Below, in pieces: positions 47,447 to 57,967 of a stretch of DNA of 64,000 nt. The stretch lies in assembly GCF_019429335.1 (NCBI RefSeq), contig NZ_JAHYJB010000002.1:62343-126342 (forward strand), read 5' to 3'. This DNA comes from Sulfurimonas sp. Lineage in GTDB: Bacteria > Campylobacterota > Campylobacteria > Campylobacterales > Sulfurimonadaceae. Positions within the stretch are counted from its first letter, which is position 1. Every line of letters begins with the position of its first letter. The notes beneath the pieces are model-generated. The model was given only the letters and a program-made list of their open reading frames with translations, did not search any database and was not told where the DNA came from. A program made the translations under genes and the position numbers.

Positions 47447-50400
47447 TTAAGCATATTTTGCAAACAGTGACTTTAAAAGGTCTCTGTTTACTACGTTGTT
47501 TATGATTTCATCTACATGTTCTTTTTTGCTTAAAGCATCTTTTTGTATAGAGTCGTCAACCAATACTATATGTGATTCAAGTCCGTTAGAAGCACTTAGT
47601 TTTCTGATACTTGAAGCCATATCTTCAACATCTAAGTCACTGTACTCTTTATCAAAAAGAACAACTTTGTAAGAGTAGTTGTTTATCAGTTCTTGGAAGT
47701 CAACCAAAGAGGAGGCAACTTCATATGTAAGCCCCTCCATTGCCTCAATTACTTTTATATATAGCCTAGTTTCAAAAGCGCTCTTTTTAGCTATCAATAT
47801 ATCTGCTCTATATTCAGGAGCCGTGCGACCCTGTGCCTCGCTTAGTTTTTCGACAAGAACGTCTTCTGCGCTTATGCTTTGTGGTTCACTAGCTTTTGCT
47901 TTTGGCATATCGGCAGCCTCAACAATGCAATCTGCAAGGAAGTTGTTAAGCATGGAGATTATCTCAGCACGGACAAGAGGCTTGGTTGTGTACTCATCAA
48001 GTCCTGCGGCAAGGAATTTCTCTCTGTCTCCTTTTAGGGCGTTTGCAGTAAGAGCAACAATAGGCGTGTGAGGCTGTTTGTAGTCATGCTCCCACTCTAA
48101 AATCTCCGCCGTTGCCTCAACACCATCAAGGAATGGCATCTGAATATCCATAAAAATAAGGTCAAATTTGCCGTCTTTTCTCTTTTGAAACGCATCTAGA
48201 CCGTTGTTAGCAATAGTTACGTTTAGTCCTAAATCTTCAAGCGTTCTTTTAATTAGTTTTTGGTTTATTATATTGTCTTCTGCAACCAAAACATCCGCAA
48301 CAAACTTAGATTTATTCAGGTCAAACTTTTTACGAGACTGTTTTTTAACAACTTGAGTAGCTGAATTTAATAAAACATAGTTTTCCAATGTCTGTTTAAT
48401 TTTTGAAGTATGTATGGGCTCATACAGGATTTTAAATATATTAAAACCAAGTGAATCTATTCTCTTCATCAGGTTTGATTTTGTAAGAACTACCAACTCC
48501 TGCGGGAATTTAGCAAGTTCGCGAAGAGACTCCTCGTTTATATAATCGTAATCAACAAAGAGAAGATTGTAGTTTGTCTCTTTTTGAAGAATCTCTATTT
48601 TGCCAATCTCTTTAAATGTTGTATATTCCACCCCATAGTAGTCAAGATACTCTCTTAGGTATCTGTCTTGTTTTTTAAGTTTTAGTGAATCACTCAAGAT
48701 AAGCGCTTTTAGGGTGTTGAAGCTATCTTTAGAACTCTCATTTAGCGTCTCAACCTCTTCAAAATCAATAGTAAAGTAGAAAGTAGTACCTTCTCCAATC
48801 TTGCTGTCCAAGTCAAGTTTTCCGCCCATAAGTTCAACGAAGTTGCTTGAAATTGTGAGTCCAAGTCCAGTTCCGCCATATTTACGAGTAATAGATGTAT
48901 CGGCTTGAGAAAATGCCTCGAAGATTTTAGACTTTTGTTCACTTGTAACACCGATACCGCTGTCTTGAATCTCAAACTTGACCCTTGTTTTGCCTATTTC
49001 GCTAGAGGTTACTCTTCTGATATTGACATTTATAGAGCCAACATTGTTTGTAAATTTAACCGCATTCGAGAGAAGGTTGATAATAACTTCTTTAAGTTTT
49101 GTAGGGTCTCCTTTAAGGGGAAACTCAAGACTAGGGTCGATGAAACAGCCGAGGTTGATATGCTTTTCGCTTGCACGAACCGCATAAACTTCAACAGCAC
49201 TCTCAAACTCTACAATAGGATTAAATGCAATATGTTCGATTTCAAGTTTATTGCTCTCAATTTTAGAGAGGTCAAGAATATTATTGATAATCTCAAGCAG
49301 GTTCTCCGAGCTTTTTTCAATAATATCAACAAATTCACGCTGTTCCTCTTGCAGTCCTGAATCTTTAAGAAGTTCTGTAAATCCGACGATACCGTTTAGC
49401 GGGGTACGGATTTCGTGCGACATGTTCGCCAAGAACATAGATTTTGCTTCACTAGCCTCTTGAGCAGAAATTTTATCTTTTTTGGTCTGCTCGATAATCT
49501 GCTCAAGAAGTTCATAAGCCAAGTCGGTACCCTGAGAAGTATGAAGATTGATATTTCTATCTTGAGAATCGTAATCCTCAGCAACTTTTTCAAGTACGCC
49601 CTCAAGGTGCTTGATGTTGCTTGTAATCTCTTTTGAGAGAATATAGCCAAGAATCGCAAGAATAATTGCTATGAGCCAGACTGACAGTGTGATGATAAGT
49701 GTTTGCATAGACTCTTTTTGAACCTCAGTTGCTCTACCGCTCATCGCGGTTAAAAGCAGATCTTCAGCCTCTGAAATAGTGTTGATTTTCTCGGATAGCA
49801 TCGTAAACCAAGCACCTGAAGAGATTTCATATTCTCCGCTGTCAGCTGCAGAAATAATTGCTGTTCTTTCGCTATTTATATCTTGAAACAACTCTTCACT
49901 CTCTTCTGATTTAAAAAGAGCATCAAGCTTGCGGAGAAGAACTTTATTCCGTATTCCTTCGTAACCAATCGAATCGGCTCTACCGATAAGAGCAATCCAG
50001 TTGTTTAAGTCATCACTTGAAAGTTCTGTTGAGCGAGAGATAATATATGCCATATGGCCTCTTTCAACTCCAGATGCCTCTTTGGCTTTTGCCATTGAGA
50101 TATACAAAGAGTAGAGCTCACTTATCTCTTTATCTATTTGGTTGTCCGCAATTTGTTCTAACTGTTTGATGAAGTTTTTTTGAATTGTAATGTAAACACC
50201 CATAAACATCTCTTCGAACTCTATTTTGCCCTCATCAATAAGAGATCTAACGACCCTTATCTTAGCCATGTCAGAGATAACATCGTCAATGCTTGCACAG
50301 GTAATACAATCTGTCTTGCCTATATTTTCTTTGTGGGTGTGCAGTGTCGTATTGTTTTGCGCATATTGAAGATATTTGCTGATTTTTTCATCAACAATCT

Positions 50401-50653
50401 TTCGCTGCTCAATAAGAGACTTTAATATATTTTCAGTTTTTTCACCGAGATACATTGCACTCATGCCACGTTCACGGGCAATGTTTCCGACGACATCGTT
50501 TAGATGTCTGTTCTGGTCTAGTTTTTCTTGAAGTTCTCTAGCTGCATCAAATGAGACATAGGAGTTATAAAGGTAATAACTTGTTAGTGAAAAGAGAATA
50601 ATAATAGGCAGAAGACTGATTAGCTTTAATCTATTTTTTAGCCCTAGCTGCAT
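47447..50653 (-). CDS. Hybrid sensor histidine kinase with periplasmic NIT-like domain and multiple receiver domains
   Basis: Two TMs around IARERGMSAMYLG and KEASGVERGH (NIT-like half-sites); H-box FLANMSHEIRTPLNG; YGGTGLGL; canonical REC VLVAEDN...MDIQMP plus two degenerate REC-like segments. Confidence 0.9.
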   Translation of the reverse strand: MQLGLKNRLKLISLLPIIILFSLTSYYLYNSYVSFDAARELQEKLDQNRHLNDVVGNIARERGMSAMYLGEKTENILKSLIEQRKIVDEKISKYLQYAQNNTTLHTHKENIGKTDCITCASIDDVISDMAKIRVVRSLIDEGKIEFEEMFMGVYITIQKNFIKQLEQIADNQIDKEISELYSLYISMAKAKEASGVERGHMAYIISRSTELSSDDLNNWIALIGRADSIGYEGIRNKVLLRKLDALFKSEESEELFQDINSERTAIISAADSGEYEISSGAWFTMLSEKINTISEAEDLLLTAMSGRATEVQKESMQTLIITLSVWLIAIILAILGYILSKEITSNIKHLEGVLEKVAEDYDSQDRNINLHTSQGTDLAYELLEQIIEQTKKDKISAQEASEAKSMFLANMSHEIRTPLNGIVGFTELLKDSGLQEEQREFVDIIEKSSENLLEIINNILDLSKIESNKLEIEHIAFNPIVEFESAVEVYAVRASEKHINLGCFIDPSLEFPLKGDPTKLKEVIINLLSNAVKFTNNVGSINVNIRRVTSSEIGKTRVKFEIQDSGIGVTSEQKSKIFEAFSQADTSITRKYGGTGLGLTISSNFVELMGGKLDLDSKIGEGTTFYFTIDFEEVETLNESSKDSFNTLKALILSDSLKLKKQDRYLREYLDYYGVEYTTFKEIGKIEILQKETNYNLLFVDYDYINEESLRELAKFPQELVVLTKSNLMKRIDSLGFNIFKILYEPIHTSKIKQTLENYVLLNSATQVVKKQSRKKFDLNKSKFVADVLVAEDNIINQKLIKRTLEDLGLNVTIANNGLDAFQKRKDGKFDLIFMDIQMPFLDGVEATAEILEWEHDYKQPHTPIVALTANALKGDREKFLAAGLDEYTTKPLVRAEIISMLNNFLADCIVEAADMPKAKASEPQSISAEDVLVEKLSEAQGRTAPEYRADILIAKKSAFETRLYIKVIEAMEGLTYEVASSLVDFQELINNYSYKVVLFDKEYSDLDVEDMASSIRKLSASNGLESHIVLVDDSIQKDALSKKEHVDEIINNVVNRDLLKSLFAKYA

Positions 50654-52242
50654 TATTTGCCCTCTGCCTTTGAGATTAGATTTAGTTTTGATGTGACACT
50701 TCTAACGAAATCTTCAACTCCTGACATATCAGATGAGTTAATGATAGCCTCAAGAGAGCTGTCAAAATCGTGAATTCTCATATTTTCACTCATCCCTTTT
50801 AGTTTTATTGCAGCACTTCTGCATCCATAAAGGTCGTTCTTTTCAACTGAAGTGTTCATTGATTTTGCAAGCTCTTTGGTTTCATTTAGATAGTCTTCAA
50901 AAAGTTCATTGAAGCTTCCTAAATCCAAACCGATATCGTGAGCTATCTTCTTTTTATCGTAGTGAAGAACGCTATTCTCTACCTCTTCTTTTATCTCATC
51001 TTGAGCACTCTCAATAGAATCACTAAGAAGCAGCAGCTCTTCACTCTCTGCCTCATCTTCATATTTTTTAGCGATTGCATCATGCTTTAAGAAGTCATCA
51101 TCTGCCAATTCAGGAATATCAATGGAGGCAGGAACATCTGAGTCGTCAATCTCTAGAGCGGGAGCAGTTTTTATTTTATCCGCTTTTTTTGTAGGAACAA
51201 AACTCTCATCCTTGAATGATAAAATAAAATCTTCCTCAACCTCTTTTGGTTTTTCTGTAACTGCCACGCTCTGAACGACTACATCTTCTTTATTTGAGAG
51301 TCTGCTTATAATTCTGTAGAGTCTGTCAAGATTTGTTTTAATCTCATTGTCATCGTCTGAGCTGTTGATAATAGTAAGGGCATCAAGGGCATCTTCAATT
51401 CTAAGGTTTGCAGCAACACCTTTTAGTTTGTGCGACTGAATCTTTAGATGATCCATGTTTCTGCTGCTTGCAGAGTCATAAAGATCCTTTTTGAAACTCT
51501 CCGCTTGAGCGATAAAATCTTGTATAAACTCCTCTACCAAATCAACCGGCAGACCTAAGTCGCTTGATGCAACAGCTGGGTCGTAGACATAGTGTGCAAA
51601 AGGAGACTGATCATCTTCTTTTTGCTCTATCTTTGGCGCAAGAGGTTTTTTAAGACTCTCTTCAAGAACCGGCTTTGGCTTCTCTTTTTTTTCTAGGACT
51701 TGAGGAGCCACTGCTAAATCATGCTTCTCCTCTTCTATCTCAACATCTCTATCGAGGCGCTTGTCAAGGTCGATTTCAAGACCGGCAGAAGGCTCATGTG
51801 ACTCATCTTCATATATATCTTTAACTATATTAGGGCTTAAGTTTTCGTACTTTGAATCAGTTGGGGTAGGTTTTTGAGCCACACTGCCTACTAGTTTTTC
51901 TTCTTGGGCTCGCGAAATCCCTCTTAGTCCTGAGAACTCTATAATATACGCTTTTTTTGTCGGGTTATCAGTAAGGAAGATAGTTCTTACCTCAATATTT
52001 GTGGTATAGCCTTTTCCCTTAACGTTAATAATGGCTTTTGAATCAACACCGGTGTCGTTACATGTAATATAATCAATCCAATGTACATGTTTAAAATTAT
52101 GAATAAAGCCCGGCGACTTAACAAACAGGTCCGCAAAATCTTTTGCTTCCGCACTAAGATCTGTAAGATTAGAGAGACCGAGAGCTTTTAAATCACTCTC
52201 ATCAATTCCCAAAAACTCTTTTTTATGATTGTAAATTAACAT
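50653..52242 (-). CDS. Hpt-domain phosphotransfer protein (N-terminal globular domain, acidic linkers, two Hpt-like domains)
   Basis: SHKLKGVAANLRI (His present) and AIKLKGMSENMRI (His absent). Confidence 0.8.
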   Translation of the reverse strand: MLIYNHKKEFLGIDESDLKALGLSNLTDLSAEAKDFADLFVKSPGFIHNFKHVHWIDYITCNDTGVDSKAIINVKGKGYTTNIEVRTIFLTDNPTKKAYIIEFSGLRGISRAQEEKLVGSVAQKPTPTDSKYENLSPNIVKDIYEDESHEPSAGLEIDLDKRLDRDVEIEEEKHDLAVAPQVLEKKEKPKPVLEESLKKPLAPKIEQKEDDQSPFAHYVYDPAVASSDLGLPVDLVEEFIQDFIAQAESFKKDLYDSASSRNMDHLKIQSHKLKGVAANLRIEDALDALTIINSSDDDNEIKTNLDRLYRIISRLSNKEDVVVQSVAVTEKPKEVEEDFILSFKDESFVPTKKADKIKTAPALEIDDSDVPASIDIPELADDDFLKHDAIAKKYEDEAESEELLLLSDSIESAQDEIKEEVENSVLHYDKKKIAHDIGLDLGSFNELFEDYLNETKELAKSMNTSVEKNDLYGCRSAAIKLKGMSENMRIHDFDSSLEAIINSSDMSGVEDFVRSVTSKLNLISKAEGK

Positions 52243-52254
52243 GTAAACCCTTTA

Positions 52255-52662
52255 CTATTTATTGTTAGCGTTTTGCTGAACTCTTTCATTTTCTTGAATA
52301 TTTTTTCTAGGGGAAGGCTTGCTTACGGATATATATCCAGTCTTTTGCCCTTTTATGTCGAATATAGGGGCAATTTCAATGTCAGTCCAGTAGTAGCGAC
52401 CGTCTTTGCGCAGGTTTTTTAGCATACCGTTGTATACTTGCCCGCTGCTTAGCGTATTCCACATCTTTTCGTATATCTCTTCGCTTACTTCTGGGTGTTT
52501 TATTATACTGTGGCTGGTATTGATTAGCTCATCAAGAGTATAACCTGATATTTCACAAAATTTTCTATTGACAAAAGTTATATTACCTTCCAAATCCGTT
52601 TGACTAATGGCCACCTTGCCATCAAAAATATACTCTTCATTTTTCGGCACAACTCTGCTCAT
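52255..52662 (-). CDS. Stand-alone Aer/CetB-like PAS domain protein
   Basis: ISQTDLEGNITFVNRKFCEISGY...KHPE...MWNTL...KNLRKDGRYYW. Confidence 0.88.
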   Translation of the reverse strand: MSRVVPKNEEYIFDGKVAISQTDLEGNITFVNRKFCEISGYTLDELINTSHSIIKHPEVSEEIYEKMWNTLSSGQVYNGMLKNLRKDGRYYWTDIEIAPIFDIKGQKTGYISVSKPSPRKNIQENERVQQNANNK

Positions 52663-52734
52663 AAAAACCTCTGTGTAATATAGTTAATATCATAAAACTT
52701 GACTAAATATATCATTAATAGTTTAAAAAAAAAC

Positions 52735-54537
52735 TTATAGATAAATATTTTTTATGATATTTGCATCTTTTAAATTTAAAACAGAGCTTATTTCCTCAAC
52801 AGTTGCTTTTTTAAGCGCGTCAAAGGTGCCAAAGTGCTTTATTAACTTAACAACTTTAGCTTGCGATATTCCTTTTAATGTCAAAAGTTTACTCTCTTTA
52901 TCGAGTTTCAGTTTTGTTTTTTTATGAAAGTTTATGGCACATCTGTGAGCTTCATCTCTTAATTTTTGTACCCATTGAAGCCTTTTGTCGCTCTCTAGAA
53001 GATTAAATGTGTCATCTTTGGTATGAATAATATCCTTTGCTCCTCCCTTTGCACGATGAGATTTTGCATCTATCTTCTCTTTTGATATGGAGATAACATC
53101 TATAAAAATTCCGCTTGATTCCAAAATATCAAGTGCAAGCTTTAAAAGTGTGCTTCCGCCGTCTAAAATCCATAAATCAGGCGGAGAATTTTTAGAAAAA
53201 CTCTCAACCCTCCTCGTTAACAGTTCTCTCATTTGTGAGTATTCGTCTCTTGCATCTAGGTGGTAGATGCGATAGCTCTTTTTATCAAATTGATTCTCGT
53301 CATATACCGCCATTGCTCCTACGGTTGCTACTCCCGACATGTGAGAGTTGTCAAAAATTTCTACGCGCAATGGAGCTCTTTGGAGTGAAAAAAGTTTTTT
53401 TATTTCAGGAGCTATATTGCTTTCATCTTCTTTATACTCTTTTTTTAAGAGCTCTGCGGCGTTTATTAGCGCCAAATCAATGAGCTGTTTTTTGTTTCCT
53501 GTTTTTGGCACTTTTATCTGCGCTTTTTTTTCAAAGAGTGTTGTTAAATAACTCTCAATTATATCTTTGCCTTCAAATTCTGATGCGACTAAAATGGGTG
53601 CAATGATTGGAGGTTTGCCGTTTGAGTAAAAATCCATAAGCACCCTTTGGTAGAGCTCATCTTCATCATACCCTTCGTGAAGCTGGATGTAGTCGTGTGA
53701 TGATGAGATAACTTTGCCACCGCGCATAAAAATACGCACTACTACGGCTCTGTGCTCTGTGTGTTCAAGCACAAAAATATCGTAGTTTTCATTGCTTGCA
53801 AAATCTATCTCGCTCTTAATCTCAGAGCGGCTTATCCTCTCGCATCTGTCTCTTATTTCACCAGCCTCTTCAAAACGGAGATTTTTTGCATAAAAAAGCA
53901 TCCTCTCCTCTAATTTCTTAAGAAGAACTTTTTTATCTTCAATCAACTCTTTTGCCGCATCAAGCTCTTTTTTGTACGCCTCTTTTGAGATATCAAGCTC
54001 GCATGGGCCAAGACACTTGCCTATCTGGTAGTAGAGACAGAGTTTTTTTGATTTCAGACACCCCTTTTTTTGGACAAGTTTGCATATCTCATAGACTGAG
54101 TCCAGTATATCTCTTGCACCCACTGAATACGGACCATAGTATTTAATATTTGAAGATTTTATGATTTTTCTTGTTATCTCAAAGCGCGGATACTCCTTTG
54201 AGTTGTCTATATAGATGTAAGGGTATGTTTTGTCGTCACGGAGCAGAATATTGTACTTTGGGCTTAACTGTTTTATAAGAGAATTTTCCAAAATCAGCGC
54301 GTCATGCTCAGAGTTTACTACTATGTAGTTCATTGAGGCTGTTTGGGAGATCATTTTTGATATTCTTGCCGAGAGATTGGGATTTGGCTTTAGCGAGGGA
54401 GCGAAGCTGAAATAGCTTTTTACACGTTTGGAGAGACTTTTTGCTTTTCCTATGTATAAAAGACGCCCCTCTTTGTCAAAATATTGGTATATTCCCGCGT
54501 TTTGAGGAAGCTGTTTTATACTCTCTTCAAGAGTCAT
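52735..54537 (-). CDS. uvrC: Excinuclease ABC subunit C
   Basis: GIYQYF...LYIGKAKSL (GIY-YIG), [24 protein letters not shown], HhH tail. Confidence 0.96.
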   Translation of the reverse strand: MTLEESIKQLPQNAGIYQYFDKEGRLLYIGKAKSLSKRVKSYFSFAPSLKPNPNLSARISKMISQTASMNYIVVNSEHDALILENSLIKQLSPKYNILLRDDKTYPYIYIDNSKEYPRFEITRKIIKSSNIKYYGPYSVGARDILDSVYEICKLVQKKGCLKSKKLCLYYQIGKCLGPCELDISKEAYKKELDAAKELIEDKKVLLKKLEERMLFYAKNLRFEEAGEIRDRCERISRSEIKSEIDFASNENYDIFVLEHTEHRAVVVRIFMRGGKVISSSHDYIQLHEGYDEDELYQRVLMDFYSNGKPPIIAPILVASEFEGKDIIESYLTTLFEKKAQIKVPKTGNKKQLIDLALINAAELLKKEYKEDESNIAPEIKKLFSLQRAPLRVEIFDNSHMSGVATVGAMAVYDENQFDKKSYRIYHLDARDEYSQMRELLTRRVESFSKNSPPDLWILDGGSTLLKLALDILESSGIFIDVISISKEKIDAKSHRAKGGAKDIIHTKDDTFNLLESDKRLQWVQKLRDEAHRCAINFHKKTKLKLDKESKLLTLKGISQAKVVKLIKHFGTFDALKKATVEEISSVLNLKDANIIKNIYL

Positions 54538-54985
54538 TGCTGTTTTTTTCTTTTATGATTTTTTGAATTGACATTACAAGCTCTCTGAGTTTCGTTTCGT
54601 GTATATTTATTTCAAAATTACCGCTAGAGCGCTCCTTGTAGAGAACTTTTATCTCTTTATACTCCTCTTTGCTTTTTCTTGGAGTATGCGTCACAAAAGC
54701 TTTTATCTCATCAAAGAGACTCTCTTGGCAATCTTTGCACTCATCGGGCATATAAAACTTTAAAGCACTTTTAATGGATTGTATATTATTATCAAACTCT
54801 TGTTTGCCGACGGGGTGATTGAAGACGAAAAACAGAGTTCTGTTTTTTATGTATGCAAAGTTAATCATTTTTTGTACGGGTGCAGTGAACATAGATTGTA
54901 CTATTTTGATACATTTATAATAAGATAGTTTAGAGAATTGAGGTCTGCTTTGGATAGAGTTTATAATTTGACTGGCGCTTTTCAT
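54527..54985 (-). CDS. DUF721/DciA-like protein
   Basis: [16 protein letters not shown]...QEF motif resembling DUF721; overlaps the uvrC start; TG-C-TATAAT ends 6 nt before the ATG. Confidence 0.6.
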   Translation of the reverse strand: MKSASQIINSIQSRPQFSKLSYYKCIKIVQSMFTAPVQKMINFAYIKNRTLFFVFNHPVGKQEFDNNIQSIKSALKFYMPDECKDCQESLFDEIKAFVTHTPRKSKEEYKEIKVLYKERSSGNFEINIHETKLRELVMSIQKIIKEKNSNDS

Positions 54986-55144
54986 TTAGTAATTATAGCA
55001 ATGTTTTTATTAAGTTTGAGTGGATGTGGATACAAGGATGATCCGTATTATTTAGAGAGCGCTCCGCAGGGCGATAATAATGTAAAGTTTATTATCAAAA
55101 AGCCAAACAGCGATAACAACGAAAGCGACAATGATAATAGATGA
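54938..55144 (+). CDS. Small lipoprotein (LptM/LppL-like, tentative)
   Basis: Lipobox LSGC followed by GYKDDPYY; the true start may be TTG at 54968; stop overlaps the nadB ATG. Confidence 0.65.
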   Translation: MRSALDRVYNLTGAFHLVIIAMFLLSLSGCGYKDDPYYLESAPQGDNNVKFIIKKPNSDNNESDNDNR

Positions 55145-56592
55145 AATATGACGTAATAATCGTAGGTGCCGGTGTTGCAGGTCTTTATGCCGCAATGCAT
55201 CTGCCTCGAAGCAAAAAAGTTCTAATCATAAACAAGAGAGAGACTTTTAAGTGCAACAGTTTTTATGCCCAAGGCGGCATAGCTTTGGCCATTGATAAAG
55301 ATGATATACCGACTCATATTCAAGATACGCTTGATGCTGGAGCAGGTCTTTGCGATGAAGAGGCTGTGAGGGTTTTAAGCGAGAGCTCAAGAGGAGCAAT
55401 CGATGATTTAATAGCGCGCGGATTTGAGTTTGACAAAGACAAAGACGGAAAACTGCTCTATACCAAAGAGGCGGCTCACTCAAAAGAGCGAATACTTCAT
55501 GCCGGCGGAGACGCAACGGGGAGATATCTTCACTACTTTTTATTAGAGCAGAATCCTCATCCGATGTTAACAGATGCCAGAGTAGTTGACTTGCTTATAA
55601 AAGATGGCGAGTGCTACGGGGTGACCGTGTTAGACCACAGGGAGAGTAGAAATATATATGCCGACAATGTAATAATTGCAAGCGGCGGAGTAGGCTCGCT
55701 TTACGAATACCATACAAATGCGCCTTGTATCAGCGCCGATATGCAGGGTCTTTGTGTTTTAAAGGGGATAGAACTCTCTGACATGGAGATGATGCAGTTT
55801 CACCCCACTGTCTATGTAGACAACAACTCCGCGCAAAAAATGCTTCTAACCGAGGCGTTAAGGGGAGAGGGCGCTACCATTGAAGATGAGAATGGCAGAA
55901 GATTTCTGTTTGATTATGATGAGAGAGGAGAGCTTGCTTCAAGAGATATAGTGAGCAAAGCAATATACGATTACAATAAAAAAACAGAGATGCAGATATA
56001 TCTTTCTTTTAAAAATTTTGACCTTGTATATTTTATGAAAAGATTTCCAAATATATATAAAAATCTGCAGCTACTGGGCTTTAATGCGCCTAAAGAGAGA
56101 GTTCCTATATCTCCCGCATTTCATTATGCAATAGGCGGGATAAAGACTGATGTAAACGGCGCGGTTCCAAGCGTCAAATCGCTTTATGCCGTAGGAGAAG
56201 TTGCATCAACAAAGGTTCACGGAGCTAACAGACTTGCTTCAAACTCCCTTTTAGAGGGACTTGTGTTTGGAAAAAGAGCCGTAGAAGAGATGTTAAAAAA
56301 AGAACATGTAAAAAAAGATATAAAATTTGAAGTCAGCGATGAGGTGATGAGTCTAAAAGAGGACAAAGAGAAAAAAAATCTTCTTCGTCGTATTATGTGG
56401 AAAAACGTCTCAATCGTAAGGACAAAAAGCGCTCTTAATGACGCATTGAACCAAATTAATGCTCTTTTGAATGAAAAAATTGGTAAACTTCTCAAATTTC
56501 GTTTACTTACTGCAAAAGAGATAGTGCTTGCAGCATTAGCCAGAGATGAATCAATAGGTGTACATTTTATAGAAAAGGATAATAATGATTAA
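55141..56592 (+). CDS. nadB: L-aspartate oxidase
   Basis: GAGVAG, NSFYAQGGI, EAAHSKERILHAGGDATG, QFHPT, TEALRGEG, HGANRLASNSLLEG. Confidence 0.95.
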   Translation: MKYDVIIVGAGVAGLYAAMHLPRSKKVLIINKRETFKCNSFYAQGGIALAIDKDDIPTHIQDTLDAGAGLCDEEAVRVLSESSRGAIDDLIARGFEFDKDKDGKLLYTKEAAHSKERILHAGGDATGRYLHYFLLEQNPHPMLTDARVVDLLIKDGECYGVTVLDHRESRNIYADNVIIASGGVGSLYEYHTNAPCISADMQGLCVLKGIELSDMEMMQFHPTVYVDNNSAQKMLLTEALRGEGATIEDENGRRFLFDYDERGELASRDIVSKAIYDYNKKTEMQIYLSFKNFDLVYFMKRFPNIYKNLQLLGFNAPKERVPISPAFHYAIGGIKTDVNGAVPSVKSLYAVGEVASTKVHGANRLASNSLLEGLVFGKRAVEEMLKKEHVKKDIKFEVSDEVMSLKEDKEKKNLLRRIMWKNVSIVRTKSALNDALNQINALLNEKIGKLLKFRLLTAKEIVLAALARDESIGVHFIEKDNND

Positions 56593-57967
56593 GTTATTAA
56601 TTATTATGTTGAGTTTTAGTTTTGCATTTGCAAGCTCAGGCGGTTCGGTTGATGCAATTCCGGACCTTACGTTTACATGGGTCGGATTTGCCGCTCTTGT
56701 CATATTTATAGCGGGGTACTACTTTGTCGCAACGGAGGAGAAATATCACATAGATAAAGCAAAACCGGCTCTTTTTATCGGTACGTTTATGTTTATCCTT
56801 ATAGCAATTTATTACATGTTGAATCATCTTGATATGAATCTTGTTCATACTCAAGCGCAACATCTTATACTTGAGATTGCAGAGATATTCTTCTTCCTGT
56901 TTGTCGCAATGACATATATTGAGACGCTTATCCACATGAATGTTTTTGAGAAGTTGAAATATAACCTGATATCCAAAGGGTACAGCTATAGAAAACTCTT
57001 CTGGCTTACCGGTTTTTTAGCATTTTTTCTCTCGCCGATTGCCGACAACTTGACAACAGCGCTTATTCTCTCAACTGTGTTAATAACAATAGAGCGTGAA
57101 AAAATATCGTTTTTGGTCCCCGGTGCTATCAACATAGTCGTTGCGGCGAATGCAGGCGGCGCTTGGAGTCCGTTTGGAGACATCACTACTCTTATGGCTT
57201 GGACTGCAGGCAAAGGGCAGTTTATGGATTTTATGTTTCTCTTTCCTGCATCAATCAGCGGATACCTTGTAACAGCATATCTGCTAAGTAGATTTGTGCC
57301 TGAGACTCAGCCTGATTTTGACGTCACAAAAGAGAAAGTCCCTGAACTTATGCAGGGTGCAAACAGAGTAATTGCTCTTGGTATTATAACAATTGCTTCA
57401 GCGGTACTCTCTCATCAGCTGCTTCACCTTCCTGCAATGTGGGGTATGATGTTTGGTTTGGCGCTTCTTAAAATGTACCAATACAGACTTAAGATAAAGT
57501 ATGACTCACATCTCAATATCTTTGAATCTATGAGTAAAATAGAGAACAATACGCTTCTCTTTTTCTTCGGAATACTCGCTGCTGTCGGCGCACTCTATTT
57601 TATAGGCTGGCTGGCGCTTGCGGCGGTGGTTTACGACCCATCGGTTCTAGGTCCTACATGGTCAAATATAGGTGTTGGTTTCCTCTCAGCGATAGTAGAT
57701 AACGTTCCAGTTATGTCGGCAGTGCTTAAAGCAAGCCCTGAAATGGGTCTTGACCAGTGGATGCTTGTTACTTTGACGGCTGGAGTGGGCGGTTCGCTTA
57801 TCTCTTTTGGTTCCGCGGCAGGCGTAGGCGTTATGGGCAAACTTCCTGGAATCTACACTTTCGGTTCGCATATGAGATACTCGTGGACCATCTTTATAGG
57901 CTATGTTGCATCGGTTTCAATCTGGTATCTGCAATATGAAGTATTAGGTCTATATATTAAACATTAA
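56585..57967 (+). CDS. nhaD: Na+/H+ antiporter NhaD
   Basis: FFLSPIADNLTTAL, AANAGGAWSPFGDITT, SAIVDNVP, GGSLISFGSAAGV. Confidence 0.9.
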   Translation: MIKLLIIMLSFSFAFASSGGSVDAIPDLTFTWVGFAALVIFIAGYYFVATEEKYHIDKAKPALFIGTFMFILIAIYYMLNHLDMNLVHTQAQHLILEIAEIFFFLFVAMTYIETLIHMNVFEKLKYNLISKGYSYRKLFWLTGFLAFFLSPIADNLTTALILSTVLITIEREKISFLVPGAINIVVAANAGGAWSPFGDITTLMAWTAGKGQFMDFMFLFPASISGYLVTAYLLSRFVPETQPDFDVTKEKVPELMQGANRVIALGIITIASAVLSHQLLHLPAMWGMMFGLALLKMYQYRLKIKYDSHLNIFESMSKIENNTLLFFFGILAAVGALYFIGWLALAAVVYDPSVLGPTWSNIGVGFLSAIVDNVPVMSAVLKASPEMGLDQWMLVTLTAGVGGSLISFGSAAGVGVMGKLPGIYTFGSHMRYSWTIFIGYVASVSIWYLQYEVLGLYIKH

